64,000 bases of DNA from Ramazzottius varieornatus (Eukaryota > Animalia > Tardigrada), in assembly GCA_001949185.1 (NCBI GenBank), contig BDGG01000014.1, positions 713,378 through 777,377 of the forward strand. Reading direction: 5' to 3'. The notes beneath the pieces are model-generated. The model was not told the DNA's origin. It worked only from the letters and a program-made list of their open reading frames with translations, and made no database searches. This document shows, piece after piece, positions 1 through 12,720 of this stretch. Both the position numbers and the translations under genes were made by a program. Within the stretch, counting starts at the first letter, position 1, and each line of letters begins with the position of its first letter.

Positions 1-231
1 ATGATGCATCCTTGAGCTGGAGTGGTTTCGTCGGAAAATCGGCCGTGTTTTAGCTAGATCCCTGTTTCGAACGTGATGAAACCTGAAAATTATCTGCTGA
101 CCCCATATGATTTTGTTGTGAAACTCAAATGATTTCAAAACAGCCGAAAAAATTCTAGTCGTGGATTCCGGTATTTTTCATGGACAGGCGGTTAACTCAC
201 GCCATGTTTGTCTATTTACTCACCTTTTCTC

Positions 232-3200
232 TAGTGAAGGTTCGGCGAAGCGAAAATAAAACTTTTCTCCGATTTTCGCCGTGGCAAAAGTTGGCGAAAA
301 TGTTTCGCCTCGGCGAAAGAATCATTGCGTGTACGGCTGATTGATTGATCAAAAATGCTTTCCCCGCGGCGAAAACGTTTTCGCCGCGGCGAAAACGTTT
401 TCGCCGTGACGAAAATTATCTTTTGCCATGGCGAAGAGCGGCCATGTCCGTGGGTGCCATTTCCGTGATTGCCATTGTCGTGGATGATCAATCAGCCAAA
501 ATTTTTATTTTCGCCATGCCTTCTCTACGTCTGAATCTTAATGAGGTAGCGAATAGGTCGTCGAATCACGGAAAGTTAGTTCCAAAGATAGGCTATAACA
601 CAGTCGAAAACGTGTGTGCTTTATAGGTGCTAGCAAGTTGGCTCGAATACCCTGTAAGAGTCCTGAACCAGATGTAAGGATATGCAGATATGATGACAGC
701 TAGCGGAACAGTGTATACTAATGCAGCGATTCCACTTCATCACGGAGAACCATTACGGACCTCCGTCAGGAGCTCCGTAATGAGTGATTCTACTTTCGAT
801 CATTTCGAGTCGGTTATGACAGGAGAAGTGGAATCACTCATTTCGGAGCTCTTGACGGAAGACCGTGATAACTTCTCGTAATGACTTCTATATGACTTTA
901 CGTAAATTAAGAAAAGTGCAAAATGCACCGCGTCCGACATGAGCGATAACGCGACATAACATTCGGTTGATTGAAATATAGGGGGGTTTGAACGGAAGAC
1001 CCGAAAATATTATAAAGGACGTACTAATGACCATCGCGTCCGCATCCTTTCTAGCATCTCCATTATCGTAGCTACCTCTTCTTTATTGTATTCGTTGTGA
1101 ATTTATGACAATTAAGCATATATACTCGAATGGGAGGAATATACATGTAGAACTTTCGACAACAAATTAAGACAGTTATGAGGTATATTCTACTTCCTCG
1201 TTCCAGCCAGTAACCAGAAATACGTGATGGGTCCGGAGATTGCTCCCCTCCCGAGATGACTTTTTCCGTGATGGTTTTTTCCAGTTATGGTAATGGAAAA
1301 TTTTCGTAAAGAGCAAAAACGCGCCAGTTACGAGAAGTGGAATCGCTGCATAAGAACTGTTTTGCGAAAGAAAAATCAGCGTGGGTAGCTTTGCTTCGTA
1401 ACATCCGTATTCTTGATGGGTTACAGATAGGACACGCCTTCGATGATGGTGCACAAGTACGGCAGGCGGATGACGCGAACAACCAAATAGTCGCACATAA
1501 CAAGAAGGCCGCGGCCAAGTTGATGAATAAGGTCGATCGCGCTGCTGTCCTTGTACGCTAGCTAGTATCAAATACAGGGATAAACTGCCAAACAAACTTA
1601 GGACCTGAGACTTCTGTCCTGAACTCATGTCGTTTACAGCGTGACTCGAAAATCGAACAGCATTGATAGTGATACACTGTTAGATCCCAGATACCCATAG
1701 CGCAGAAACGTGCCGATTTGCAGACTTATTAAAAGATCAATGCAAATATGTTGAACATTCGAGATAAAGCTGCAGCTGTACCATTACATATCTCTACAAA
1801 TGATTCGAAGGAAGTGCTCTCTGGTTCAAATATCATCTCATGGCCCGATGTTTTGTTGGAATCAACAGCCGCGGAAATCTTTCTTGGCCAAAACACTTCC
1901 GTTATTTCGGTCTTCCACTCAGTTGCTCCTCGGACAAGGTAGGCATTGTCTTGTCTACAAAAATGAAGCGGGAATGTTCGATCTTGTCCCAAGTCAGCCA
2001 GTTCTATCTCAACCCGATCCTTATTTTTTATTCTAGTAACGCTGATGACACTGAAGGCTCCAGCAATACGGGAGGCCGCTGAGTCGCTGGGCGCTGCTGC
2101 CGTTTGTTCGTACAAAACGAGACTTCCATTTTTTTTATACCAAACTTCGCTATATTGTTGTGATTACTTCTTGCTCCTTTCTTACGGCGTCGCTCTCGGT
2201 TTGGTCCAGCCAGAACACACTAACGTTGTGACCTCGGCCGGTACTGTTTATGCACTGTATTATGCCCGTTCTTATGCTTTCACACTGTGGTAGTGCTTTG
2301 AACTTTGGGAACAGTTCGCTGATGTGGTTCCACGGATCTTGCTCAAAAAGCGGATCTACAATGGGAGAATCGTCAGCGATGTAAACATATCCTGTTGCGT
2401 GATGCCATATTGACGGCTCAAGCGCTGTATACATTTCAGTCTGCTCTGTTACCATCGCCCAGTAGATATCCGGCCACCTGGCACAGAGCGATGACCCCAG
2501 TATCTTGCTATTTGATGGCTGCTTCTTTGTTCGGTCTTTTTGGGGTCGCTCCGTATGATGCTACGGATGTGAGCACCCAGCAAGCAGCAGTTAATGTTGT
2601 CAGATGCCCCACAACTTCCATGCTCGGTGTCACCGCACTTCCCAAAAAGAGAATGGTACTTGAATCGTTCGAACGTTTCTCCTGCAAGTTCTTTGAGTAT
2701 CTCGTCACGCTTTCGTTGCAGGTCTTCCAGCTCTGAAAGGATACTTCGCGCTGCTTCACCGTTTTCCGTCACGGTAAAAGCCGACGTCAAATCAACTCCG
2801 TCGGCCGTCACGACTCTAGCTGCGTTTTGAGGTATTCCACCATGTGTTATCTTACCAGCGATCCCCGTCATTGCTGCTTGCAAATGGTCATAAGGAACCG
2901 TTTGCTCCTCCGAACTTCTAAGAAGAAGTTCAAATGCACGAAGAAAAATCGCCATTGTTACGCAACATTCAATCTCTTTTCGCCACCCTTTGAGCTTTTC
3001 GTAGTTGTGCGGAGTACTGCAGACCAGGATCATTCGTTTGAATAATGTCTCCCGACACGAACCTTTCACAACTTGTTGGAAGAAATATGTGATGATAAGG
3101 TTGTTACAATTTCAATGGATGTCGCAAATGATGAAGCTTTTTGAAATCGCAAACTCTGCAGTGTAAAATAATGCGTCAGTTGATCCTGATAGCAAAAAAG

Positions 3201-3395
3201 GTCTACTCGCAACCCCTGTGCGTCTACGCATTCACTCCTCCTCCCCAGTGGTCAGAACCACCAGCTAGTATCTAACGAAAGCTCGGCGAAGCGAAAATAA
3301 TAATTTTCACCGTTCTTCATCGTGGCGAAAAATTTACATTCGCCACGGCGAAAAACAGCGAAAAGCCTTATTTTCGCTTGGCCGAACCTTCACTA
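232..3395. mobile_element. Non-autonomous hAT-like DNA transposon carrying non-transposase cargo
   Basis: TIR TAGTGAAGGTTCGGCGAAGCGAAAATAA at 232 and its inverted copy ending 3395 (1 mismatch); perfect 8-bp TSD CTTTTCTC at 224-231 and 3396-3403; many subterminal CGGCGAAAA repeats in both orientations. Confidence 0.9.
1729..3069 (-). pseudogene. Interrupted ORF chain of unknown function inside the hAT element
   Basis: Three nearly abutting minus-strand ORFs (2449-3069, 2150-2455, 1729-2115) separated by a frameshift and stops; no BED finger, DDE or hATC motif recognised. Confidence 0.4.
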
Positions 3396-4357
3396 CTTTT
3401 CTCCTGTGATTTTACCATTGCGGACAAAGTGAGCTTGGGACCAATCAAACAATCGAAAATGGAGGCTGGTCCAAAGCCACTCTACAGGGAAGTGGCTTTG
3501 GCTGCTGTAGAGTGACTTTGGCTGGTCGCAGGGCGGTACAAAAAGCTCCGATCAGAACTTTCGGTGCAGTTAGCTCAAGGTGTTCGCCTATTCGGAAACC
3601 TTCGACAGGCGTTTCTTTGCCGATTGCGACTTCCAAGGACCACGGCCTCCCACAAGGGCACAACCACAGAGGTAGCCAAAGTGTCGCAGAAAACATCACT
3701 GGACAGAGCGGAATCGGCACAGAAACTCCTGTTGCAAGTTTCCCAGGCGAAAAGCTGATTGCACCAGCAGACGTGCTGATCAATGCGTTCGACTGTGCCG
3801 ATCTACGAATTGTTCCTCCATTTTGGTTGTTCGACTGGCCATAGTTTAACAACTTGTTTGCAGTGACACAAGGGTCCAGGTTTAGACTGGACGTGATGCA
3901 CTTTAGTCTCGTGTACGTACTGTAAGACACTGCGCCGGTTACTCCGAGTGGCCTAGATCTAGTTTTCGCTAACCTTGTGCTTCTTCGCATTTGCTAGTCC
4001 TAACTTAGTTATACTGGTTCGATCTGGTATTTTTGTTTAAAGCAGGCCTTTGTTTTGCACTCTTGCAGTTCTTCTACGCTCCGTTTCTTTCACTTCTGCA
4101 ACTTTGGTGCAGAAAAAGAACCAAAATACACACATGAAGCCAGTCCCGTTACAGCGAGCGTATGACCATATCCTCCGGACAGGGTGTTTCCAATTACTGT
4201 ATACTGAATCGTTTTTGACGTTTCAAGAAAGATTCGTTTTTGATCCGGCTTTGGTGCTTGCCGCTCATTGGATAGAGCGTTCTCCGAACTTGCTATTCTA
4301 TGTGTTTTCCTGCACTCAACTTTGATTGGTTGATTGGCCAAATTCAAGCAGAAGGGG

Positions 4358-5131
4358 TAGACCTGAGAAAAGTGTGATTAAGTGTGGTGTGGTGTTTTTC
4401 GGTTCGGTGCTTCTCCACACCGAAACTGGTTTTTCGGTGCGAAAGCCACACCACTTTTTCCGGTGTGGTGTGGATCGGATACCACTCTTTCGGTGCACCA
4501 CACCAAACCAAATCGAAAAACCGAAAAAAGTTTCAAAGAGCGAATTCACAATTTATTAATCCGTCATCGACAAATCGAACTGTGCTGTAGAAAATTCAAA
4601 AAAATACCAAGATTTCAAACACATCGAAACTTTCATGGTCTTACTATCTAGTAAACTTTTAGGCTTGGTAACGACCTCACCAGCACGCGAAAACCATCGC
4701 TCAGAGAGGACCGAAGAGGCGCAAACAGCCATAAAGTCAATCACCATTTTTGACATGACAGCTATCTGAATTCAGAAAGAACGAACAGAACCGTCGAAAC
4801 ATGGCAAGATGTAATACAGACAACTTCGGAAGAAAACATTCCATACAGGTAAATTTTCGCAGCTTAAACAATCAACAGTTAGTCGAATCAACCACGGGGC
4901 GAAACAGCGAGTTTGCGATACTCATCTAGCCCAAGCTAGCTGACTAGCTCATTAAATCTGGTGCACCAAAAGTTTTCGGTTTGGTGTGATGTGGTGTACC
5001 TAGACACCGAAACGGCAAATTCCGTGTGATTCGGACACCAATTTTTCGATTTGGTGTTTCAAGCACACCGAAACCAAAAAGAGTGGTTTTTTTCGGTGTG
5101 GTGTGGTGAAACCACACCATCCTCAGGTCGA
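4358..5131 (-). mobile_element. Internally deleted hAT transposon with C-terminal dimerisation-domain remnant
   Basis: TIR TAGACCTGAG / CTCAGGTCGA; 8-bp TSD AGAAGGGG (4350-4357, 5132-5139); ORF 4556-4756 has ASSVLSERWFSRAGEVVTK...MCLKSW (hATC motif); GTGTGGTG subterminal repeats. Confidence 0.9.
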
Positions 5132-6800
5132 AGAAGGGGGATCACAGGAGACGAGAAGAAGATCCAGAAATCGTCCAAAGTCTGACGCAATGTCTGCGTC
5201 AGTTCATGCATGCCAGGTGGCGTATGCATGTGCTTGTCGCATTCTATTGCAAGTTACCAGATTGGTCACGCACCAGTCTACAGCTCGGGCGGTGTGTGTA
5301 TATGCTTGTCGCGTCTCATTATAACTCATCGCAGTTATCACTCACCACCCTGCCTTCGCTGGGCGGCGACGTAGACACACTTGTCCAATCGAAACCTTGT
5401 TTTCCTTGTTGCGGCAAAGCTTGTGTGAAGTTTCCCATAAAGCTGAGGCATTTTAACCGTTCGAGTAATCAACCTCCCAGACCAGTACTCTACCGACCCT
5501 GCCTCTGACGTTCACTCTCGTTCCTTCTCAATCGTTGGCCAACTCATTCCAGATGCGCAGGAAGAGTCCTAACGAAGATCAACCAAGAATGAGTCGAATT
5601 TGTTTCGCGGAACGTCTTCGAGAAGCAATCGAAGTAGCGGACAGCTGTGCGAACGAAAGAGGCGTCGTGCAAAAGCTCTCTTTTCTATTGGCAGCGATTT
5701 CCGCCCGTTGTACTTTCGGGGCGAATGGTCTGCTAAGTTTCTAATTTCTGGTGTCATCCAGCCAATTTGCTGCTTTTCTGCAAAGTCGCTCAGACACTTG
5801 AAATAATTTTTTTCCAGTAGCCTATTGTCCTTCAAATTCAAACTAGGATGTTTCATCTTCTAGTTTTTCTAGCCCGAGAGAACAAATTCAATCGGGAATG
5901 CATGTAACAGTCTCTGCTGACCAACATACGGAGTATCCCAGCACCCGAGGGGTAGTACCAAACCGATAGGAAAGCGCTCTAGAATATACTACCAACAGGT
6001 AAAATTTGTCGTCGAATAGCATTTAGCGGAAAACTTCAACAAATCTTTGCTCAGGAGTAAGCCGACCTGAAGCTCAAAATTTGACCGTGTACAACCACCC
6101 CTGTTTTCGGAGGGGTCCATAATTTCGCCCATAAGTTTCTCAGGAGGCTTCCGAACTCAACGAAATGCTTCAGTAACGTTCTCAAGAGCCATGCCTACGT
6201 GCGTGCAAAAAATAGCAAAAAAATCAGCAGAAAAGAAGTTTTTATGATTCGTCAAAAATGATTCGGTCATTTGAACACAACCCTGTAGGTAGCTGTTAAC
6301 GAGTAGCAGGTGTTTGAATTACGCTAACTTCAGCAGCCTGCTTTTGGAGATTTATCACAGTGCGGATTTTACTCATTCCGCCGGACAATCTTCAATTTTA
6401 CAGTATAACAGATTATCGACGTGTACTCGAAGTTTCTAACTTGGGAATGCTGTTCGTTCCGCCCGGACTTGTCACACTTCCATACTCAAGAGATGATCAT
6501 CACCGGGAAGAGACGGGGCTAATGATGTACACCACGCTCAAGGTGAGGATGAGAAGTAATAAACTAAATTCCCGAATAAACGGTCGCACTATGCGGGTCG
6601 GAACGACTTGCGCTTAGGTTTATACGTGAAGCCATAACTCTTCCCGAAACTGATACATCCTTGCTCATACGCAAATAAATTGATTAGGTGATGCCGACGG
6701 GAGGGCGCAGTTTTACTATACGACTTAAAAGGCTTCGGTTTACTTTGACGTGCAAACTAACACCGTAACTGGACAGTCCTGATTTTTCAGGGGTGACGTG

Positions 6801-7846
6801 ATGAATGCTGCATCGAATTCCAGCTCCGATGTCCCGGTGAACTACAATGGAGCCGACGTCGCCACTTGGAGCTTTTCAACTGTTTTCAGTATTGCCATTC
6901 AGCTAAGTGATGTACTGGCCAACGCTAGTATCCTTTTCCTTTTCATGCCTGACCCTTCCCTGCTTACGCCGTTTACCATCTACGTTGCCAATCTCTTTTT
7001 CGCCAACATCATCTCCGCCATCTTCTGCTTTCCGTTCGAGCTTTTTCAAAAGTTATATTCCACGTGGTGGGTCGGAAAATCGTTCTGCATCATGGCACAG
7101 TATACCGACTACCGGTATGTCTTTAGCGGCGGCATGCGTAACGCCCATGTCCTGATCGTCTTGAACCGACTGTAAGCCGTAACTTTCCCAGTTTCGTACC
7201 GGCTGAAGCACAATAAACAATTGGCGCTATGCCTCACGATTGCCATGTGGATTTACTTGCATGTTTGCTTGGCTCCGGGTATTGTCCTGGACGGCCTGTT
7301 CTATCGTCGTCCGGTTGGAAAGTATGGACGTAATTTTGCGGCAGACGGACCCTACGAATGGGATGGGTTTTAAATATCCAGATGCTGATCTTCAACTTTG
7401 CAATTGCTGTGATTGTGCTAATGTTTCCCATAGTTTCCTGGAAGTCATTCAGACCAGCGACTACCCGTATCCAGCCTAAGGCTGGGTCCGCTGCAACTAC
7501 CAATAGAGTAGCGGCAACGCAAAGCACAGTGGTGAAGCATCCTGGTCAAGATCAGCCTCGGAAGACGGCCTTGAGTACCACCAAGAAACCACAGTGCGGT
7601 ATGCCACGTCGCAGAATGAATTATAATTTCGTTGTCCTGTATTTAATGACCACGTCAGTCTTGATCTGTTTCACTCCCGATCAAGTGCACTATACCTTGT
7701 TACTTTATGGTATCAACGTTCTTGGGATTTATTCCATAGGATCCATGCTGTAGGAAGTCATAAGTATTTTGTATCCAATTTGGTTTGTGATAAGTCTGAC
7801 CTGATTACGCGGGGCGTTTTACCGCATCTACATTGTACGTTCGTAA
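6801..7846 (+). pseudogene. Class A (rhodopsin-like) GPCR pseudogene
   Basis: N-glycosylated N-terminus, TM1-TM3 (TPFTIYVANL; LNRL*AVTFPVSYR as DRY-equivalent), TM5-TM7 in ORF 7358-7753; in-frame stops at 7173 and 7751 plus a frameshift near 7350. Confidence 0.8.
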
Positions 7847-7909
7847 CCTATGGCGCAACTTTAATGCCACGGGTACGCCTTTCAAATGTTCTAAAGGCTT
7901 TAGAAGTTT

Positions 7910-8754
7910 CTACAAGGGCGTAAATTTGAAAGCATAAATGACAATCTCCACTTCCTGGTTGTTGAAAGGAGTTTGGCCCTTGTTCAACCATAAATTCATG
8001 AAGACACTCTCTTCGTGCTGGGGTACGCGAACGCCGTTCGTTCCATCAGTAAACGTCCATTGACTGTAAATGTTGTTGCTGTTGTTGTCTTGATGGCCGT
8101 GTTGAGCGCTGAAGGCGATCTGTGTTCCGCTCCAGACGAAGGACTGGGTAGTGAAAGTACCACTGAGACTGACGTCAAACTGGTGGGTTATCGATGCTGG
8201 CGGCAAGGATCCGGTGTGAACGGTGTAGCTTGCCGGCTTGCCATTGGGATCTGACCAGCTACGAAGAACAAAACGAGTTTGAGAAAAGATGAACCACAAC
8301 CTATATGGAAAATTATTTCTCAATATTTTCAGACTATAGCTTTGAGAGAAGCAGTTTTGGTCGCATAGACGGCAACTGACCGGGAATATTCAATGTCGAT
8401 TTCATTGGTGCCGTCTGGTCCAACTGACGAACCGGGGTAGTTGAAAAGCCCCAGTACGACAACGGGATCCAGCTTGTCAATGGCTCCATCGACGAACCAC
8501 TGGTATCGTCCGAAACCCAGCTTTTCCACACTGGACACTTCAGCACATTGCCAGCGACCGTTGACATGGCTAATTTTCAGGTGCAGGTGTCCCAAGTCGT
8601 CCACCCAGACGTTACTGGCACTCCAGCTGTTAGGTCCGGGACCCATACCATCCCCGTTCTTCACTGTCCATTCACGTCCCGAAAAGGAAAGGCTGAAAAC
8701 CAGAGGCAGTGCAGAAAGCATGGCCAATTGTCCAACGCGCCCTCCTAAGGCCAT
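7910..8754 (-). CDS. Secreted glycoside hydrolase family 16 (beta-glucanase-like), 2 exons, ~240 aa
   Basis: Exons 8754-8381 and 8258-7910 joined in frame (phase 2) across GTCAGT...TAG intron 8380-8259; catalytic EIDIE motif; NVWVD..G.LHLKI, LGFGRYQW and MNLWL motifs; hydrophobic N-terminus. Confidence 0.85.
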
Positions 8755-9268
8755 CCTTTAGCGAAGGTAGGCAGAAGGAGTCACGATCTGTGCGACTAGA
8801 GATAAAATTAATCCGGGATGAGCAATAAACAAAGGTTTAAATTTGTATGTAAAATACAGTGGACAAGTACAGCAGTGACCGTAACCGGATACTGATTGTC
8901 CTACGAGCCTTAAAGCTGCCATGAAATGTCGAAAGTAGTTCAAGCAAGTCCGGCCCAGAGTGACGACTCATGCTTCAGTTCTGCGCTGACGAATTTTACG
9001 ATACGATCGTCGATCGAAGTTCGCCCGTCATGTGAAAGTGCTTCTCCGTCATTCATATGCCGATACTACGCAATAAAGTCTTTATCTGTTCACTGCTGCC
9101 GAGAAAGCGGAATGCGTTCAACTGCCTGTGCGACTCAACAAAAACGGTATGTGGATTTTAACAAATGTGAGAAGACGACTGAAAACCTAACGAGAATACA
9201 ATTCCAGATGGAACGAAACGAAAAAGATACCCCTTAACGAAAATCTAAAAACGCTCTCGAAGCTTCAC

Positions 9269-10264
9269 TTATTTCTTTTCGACTTTCTTCTTCTCGGCTG
9301 CGCCCTTGGCCGCTTTTTCTCTGGCTTCTCTCGCTTCCAGCATCGCCTTCTCCTCAGCGTCCTTTTGTTCCGCCACCTTCAGCCGATGCAACTCGGCCAA
9401 CCTGGCTCGTTCCTTCAGTTGCCAGTTAGCTTCTTTGATCTGGGCGCTGGTCAAATACCGGACGTTGGCTTTCGGTATGGCCAACGTCAACTGCCGGCGT
9501 TCCTCAATCTTATCCAGTATTGGCTGATCGAAAATTGTCCTATCATTGGCATGCGGTAATTTCTTCGAACGATATTCCAAGAAATCCCGATGTTCGACAT
9601 GGTCCTGCAGACTCTCCCACGGAGCCGACATGACGCTGGGTATGACGTGCGAGCACACTTCTATTATGTTCCTGGCGGTTAACTCAAGCAACTCAGGTAA
9701 ACCAGGATGGTTCTCAAGGAAGGATTCATCTTCGTAGATCGTCCCGAACGTTTGACCGATACGCCGATTCAGCGCTTGCATGACGTCGATAAAATACTCG
9801 AACTCGTCGGCGGTGTCCAGTTGTTCGTCGATGACGCGTCGCGCGACGTAGGTTTTGTTGTCAAAGTCGTTCTGCAGTTTGGTGAAGGTGGCGCTGATGC
9901 TTTCTTGACGTTGGAGGAAGGTCATGGTGTTTTGACCAACTTCGTCGTCGAACATTTTTTCTTCGGGTATGAGGATGGTTTGGATCAGGTGAGAGATTTG
10001 GTTATTCATGGTTTCCAGGTAGGCGTTCTTTTCAAGGTAAACGTGGCGGATGTTCTTGAGGACTTCGTCCGGTGTGCGGGACTGGGTCAGGCCTTGGAGG
10101 AGTTCGAAGGTGCGAGTTAGTTCGGTGGCTAGGGGGCCTTTGACGTCGTCGTCGTGCTTTCTTTTTGTGGTCTGGTAGAAGGGGAATCTGCGCAGAGCCG
10201 TTGGACCGACGTGCAGACTTTTCTTGATCTGTGAAAGGCTGACAAAATAAGCTTTCCCCTCCAC
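9269..10264 (-). CDS. Orphan helical/coiled-coil protein with E/K/A-rich C-terminus (5' exon unresolved)
   Basis: 331-codon open frame with strong codon bias; probable splice acceptor near 10228-10238; no recognisable domain. Confidence 0.65.
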   Translation of the reverse strand: MEGKAYFVSLSQIKKSLHVGPTALRRFPFYQTTKRKHDDDVKGPLATELTRTFELLQGLTQSRTPDEVLKNIRHVYLEKNAYLETMNNQISHLIQTILIPEEKMFDDEVGQNTMTFLQRQESISATFTKLQNDFDNKTYVARRVIDEQLDTADEFEYFIDVMQALNRRIGQTFGTIYEDESFLENHPGLPELLELTARNIIEVCSHVIPSVMSAPWESLQDHVEHRDFLEYRSKKLPHANDRTIFDQPILDKIEERRQLTLAIPKANVRYLTSAQIKEANWQLKERARLAELHRLKVAEQKDAEEKAMLEAREAREKAAKGAAEKKKVEKK

Positions 10265-10492
10265 GTCATAATTTTATATCTCAAATCTGCAGAGTGCAGC
10301 AGGATCTAAGACCTAACTTGAACCATAGTACCTCACTCTATGCGGTGGATCATTCATTTCATCGTGGGTCGATCAGGAACGCATCACAAATATTGTTACC
10401 TCAAGTCCATCATAATTTCAATATCGAACAATAACGTAAGTTTCTGTGATTTATTATTCGAAGCAAATTCGGATAAGCGAAAACGTTTTATT

Positions 10493-11674
10493 TTAAACCA
10501 AACAGTCAAAAGACTGTGGACTGAGTTCAGTGGAACGCTTTACCGAATCATTGATGGTGACGAGGTCTTTCAAGCAGGTGTTGCACAGCTTACGGTGTTC
10601 CTCCAAAGCAGCCTTCAGATCTCTCAGCATTTTCTTTTCTTGCTCATGAGCGAGCCGCAGATCTCTGTCGGTGGCATCGAAGGCCATTTTGGCCAAGTAG
10701 GAAGCGTGTTGGGCTTCCTTGAAGACGCCGTCCAGGTAGCGCAGCTGCCGCTCTTGCTCACGGATCTTCTCAACGGCGTCAACGACCATTCGCGCAAAGT
10801 GGTAGTGGTCATCGTGCAGATACTCGCGAACTCGTGAAAACTTGTTGGCCGTATCGGTCAACATGTCAAAGTGGGTCATGTGGCTCTTGATGTTGACGGT
10901 CAGTTCCCGCGTTTGACGCACCATCGTGTGCAAAACGAAGTTTGAGATATCCTCACTCTTGAAAAGGTTTGCTTCGTTCTTCGTCTTTTGTTCCAACGTC
11001 TACGATTAAAAAACTCAAGGCATCAGCGCAGAGCAGAAAAGTACGCTAGTTCGTCAATCATGCGCCTCCCATGTAGTCGTACCCGCCTCGACAGCTCCGA
11101 CCAGCCAAACTGGTGAAATGCAGCGGCTGAACCACCAAATATCATCCCGATATATTTTTCGCTCAGTTCAAAGTGCAGTTTGCTAGGCTGGGAATCAAGG
11201 GCTGACCTGACTGAGTTGCCGTTTGTTGAATAGCTTCCGTTGCCGCTCCTGTTGCGACCACCGATGTGAGGCACAGACACGGTCGATAGCTCGCCGTTTC
11301 AAGTTAATCTTCCTCCGAAGGTACATTTTGATATGGGCCGGCCGAGCTAGCTTCATGGGCAGAGATTCTTCCCGCGGTCGACCGTACTCGACCCACAAAT
11401 TCTCCAGCCAATTCTTGGGATGGACCCAGTCATCACAGCACTGAATGGCTAATTCGGCCAATTCTTTTCTATCATTTAGCTCGCGCCTCTCCTTCTCCAG
11501 ATCTTGTAACCACTTAACGTAGTCCTCCTGGAAGATCTTCTTGTCATCTTCAGCCACCACCAGCATTTTGCGCGACAACTTGAGCTCTTTAATCAACTCG
11601 CTGGTTGGGACATCGTCGGGGTAGTCCACCAGAGGGTCAGCTTCCTCCTCGCGGTACTTGTACTGAAACTTCAT
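10493..11674 (-). CDS. Orphan coiled-coil protein, 3 exons, ~333 aa
   Basis: Exons 11674-11207, 11109-11083 (27 nt) and 10999-10493 join in phase 0 with GT-AG; AATAAA immediately follows the stop. Confidence 0.65.
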
Positions 11675-12720
11675 CGCACAGGCTGGTTATGTCATCAGAT
11701 CAACTTGACGTCGACGTCACTTCGCCTCTATCTTACTCGTCCAAAGTAACAAAACTTTTCAAAGCTTGGATTAATATTCCCTTTGTCGTCTCAACGAAAA
11801 TAAGGATAAGACATGTCAATATTCCGCTGTATATAGAGTATTTGTGCTACTGTGGCTGCCCCGAAAGTCTAACGCCGATCTGCTTGGTCACAAGGCTAAC
11901 TACGCAAGTTGTTTGCTGATAGTATGCCCCGTTGATGTTCTCGGATCCTAGCAATACATCCTCTCTTGGATGGATGCAGACAAGTGGGGATTCTCCCCGA
12001 TGTAGTCGCGTATGTTTGGCCATATCCCGAGGAACAACTGGAGTGGTTGGTGACATCCTTAGCGACTCTCCCTTCGGATGAGGGGGCTCTTTGACCCTTT
12101 CATTGGTCCGCAGGTACGCCGCGTTCACTACGTACGGCGATGCAGAGAAGGATACAATACCGTTCAAACCATCTCCGACAATGGCTTCACGGTGGAAAGA
12201 CTACGAAGTGAATTGCGCTTTGTCAGCCATGCTCTTGCGTCTGACACGGGGAGTCCCGCAAGCTCCTTTCATAGTCTTGATCAACTTCTGCAAGCACGGC
12301 CATGCATCTATATGAGGGTCCGTAGTCTGACCACTGAACGTCGATAAACTCTTGTCAGAAATTATGCTCGGCGGGAAAGAACCCCATCGGCATAGAGGTC
12401 CTGCGGGACAAAATTATCGTCCAGATATCGCGGAAGTTGAACTTCAGTGGAAACGATTCAATCTGAAGTTCAACTTTTGGCCCGACTGCTTTGAAATTCA
12501 TCATAACGGAGGATATGACACCAATATATACGGGAAAGTGTAGATCAAGAGCGAAACCGGATAAGATACCAAACTACTGATATGAAACGAACCGTTCAAA
12601 ACAGTACTGTAGGAAAAGATAATCAAGATCAGCTACTCAAAGTATGAACCAGTAAGAAAGAAAGCAATAAGAAAGCATGAGTCAATGAGGAAGCATACAG
12701 TGTAAGACATGGCTATAGTT

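Noticed and set aside
5940-6290. Probable DNA-transposon debris (also 17330-18890, 27660-28250, 50090-50260)
   Set aside because: No paired TIRs or TSDs found, so boundaries and family are unsupported
9306-10837. Plus-strand ORFs antisense to real genes (also over catalase, CRE, protease, lectin-kinase)
   Set aside because: Shadow frames produced by codon bias of the opposite strand
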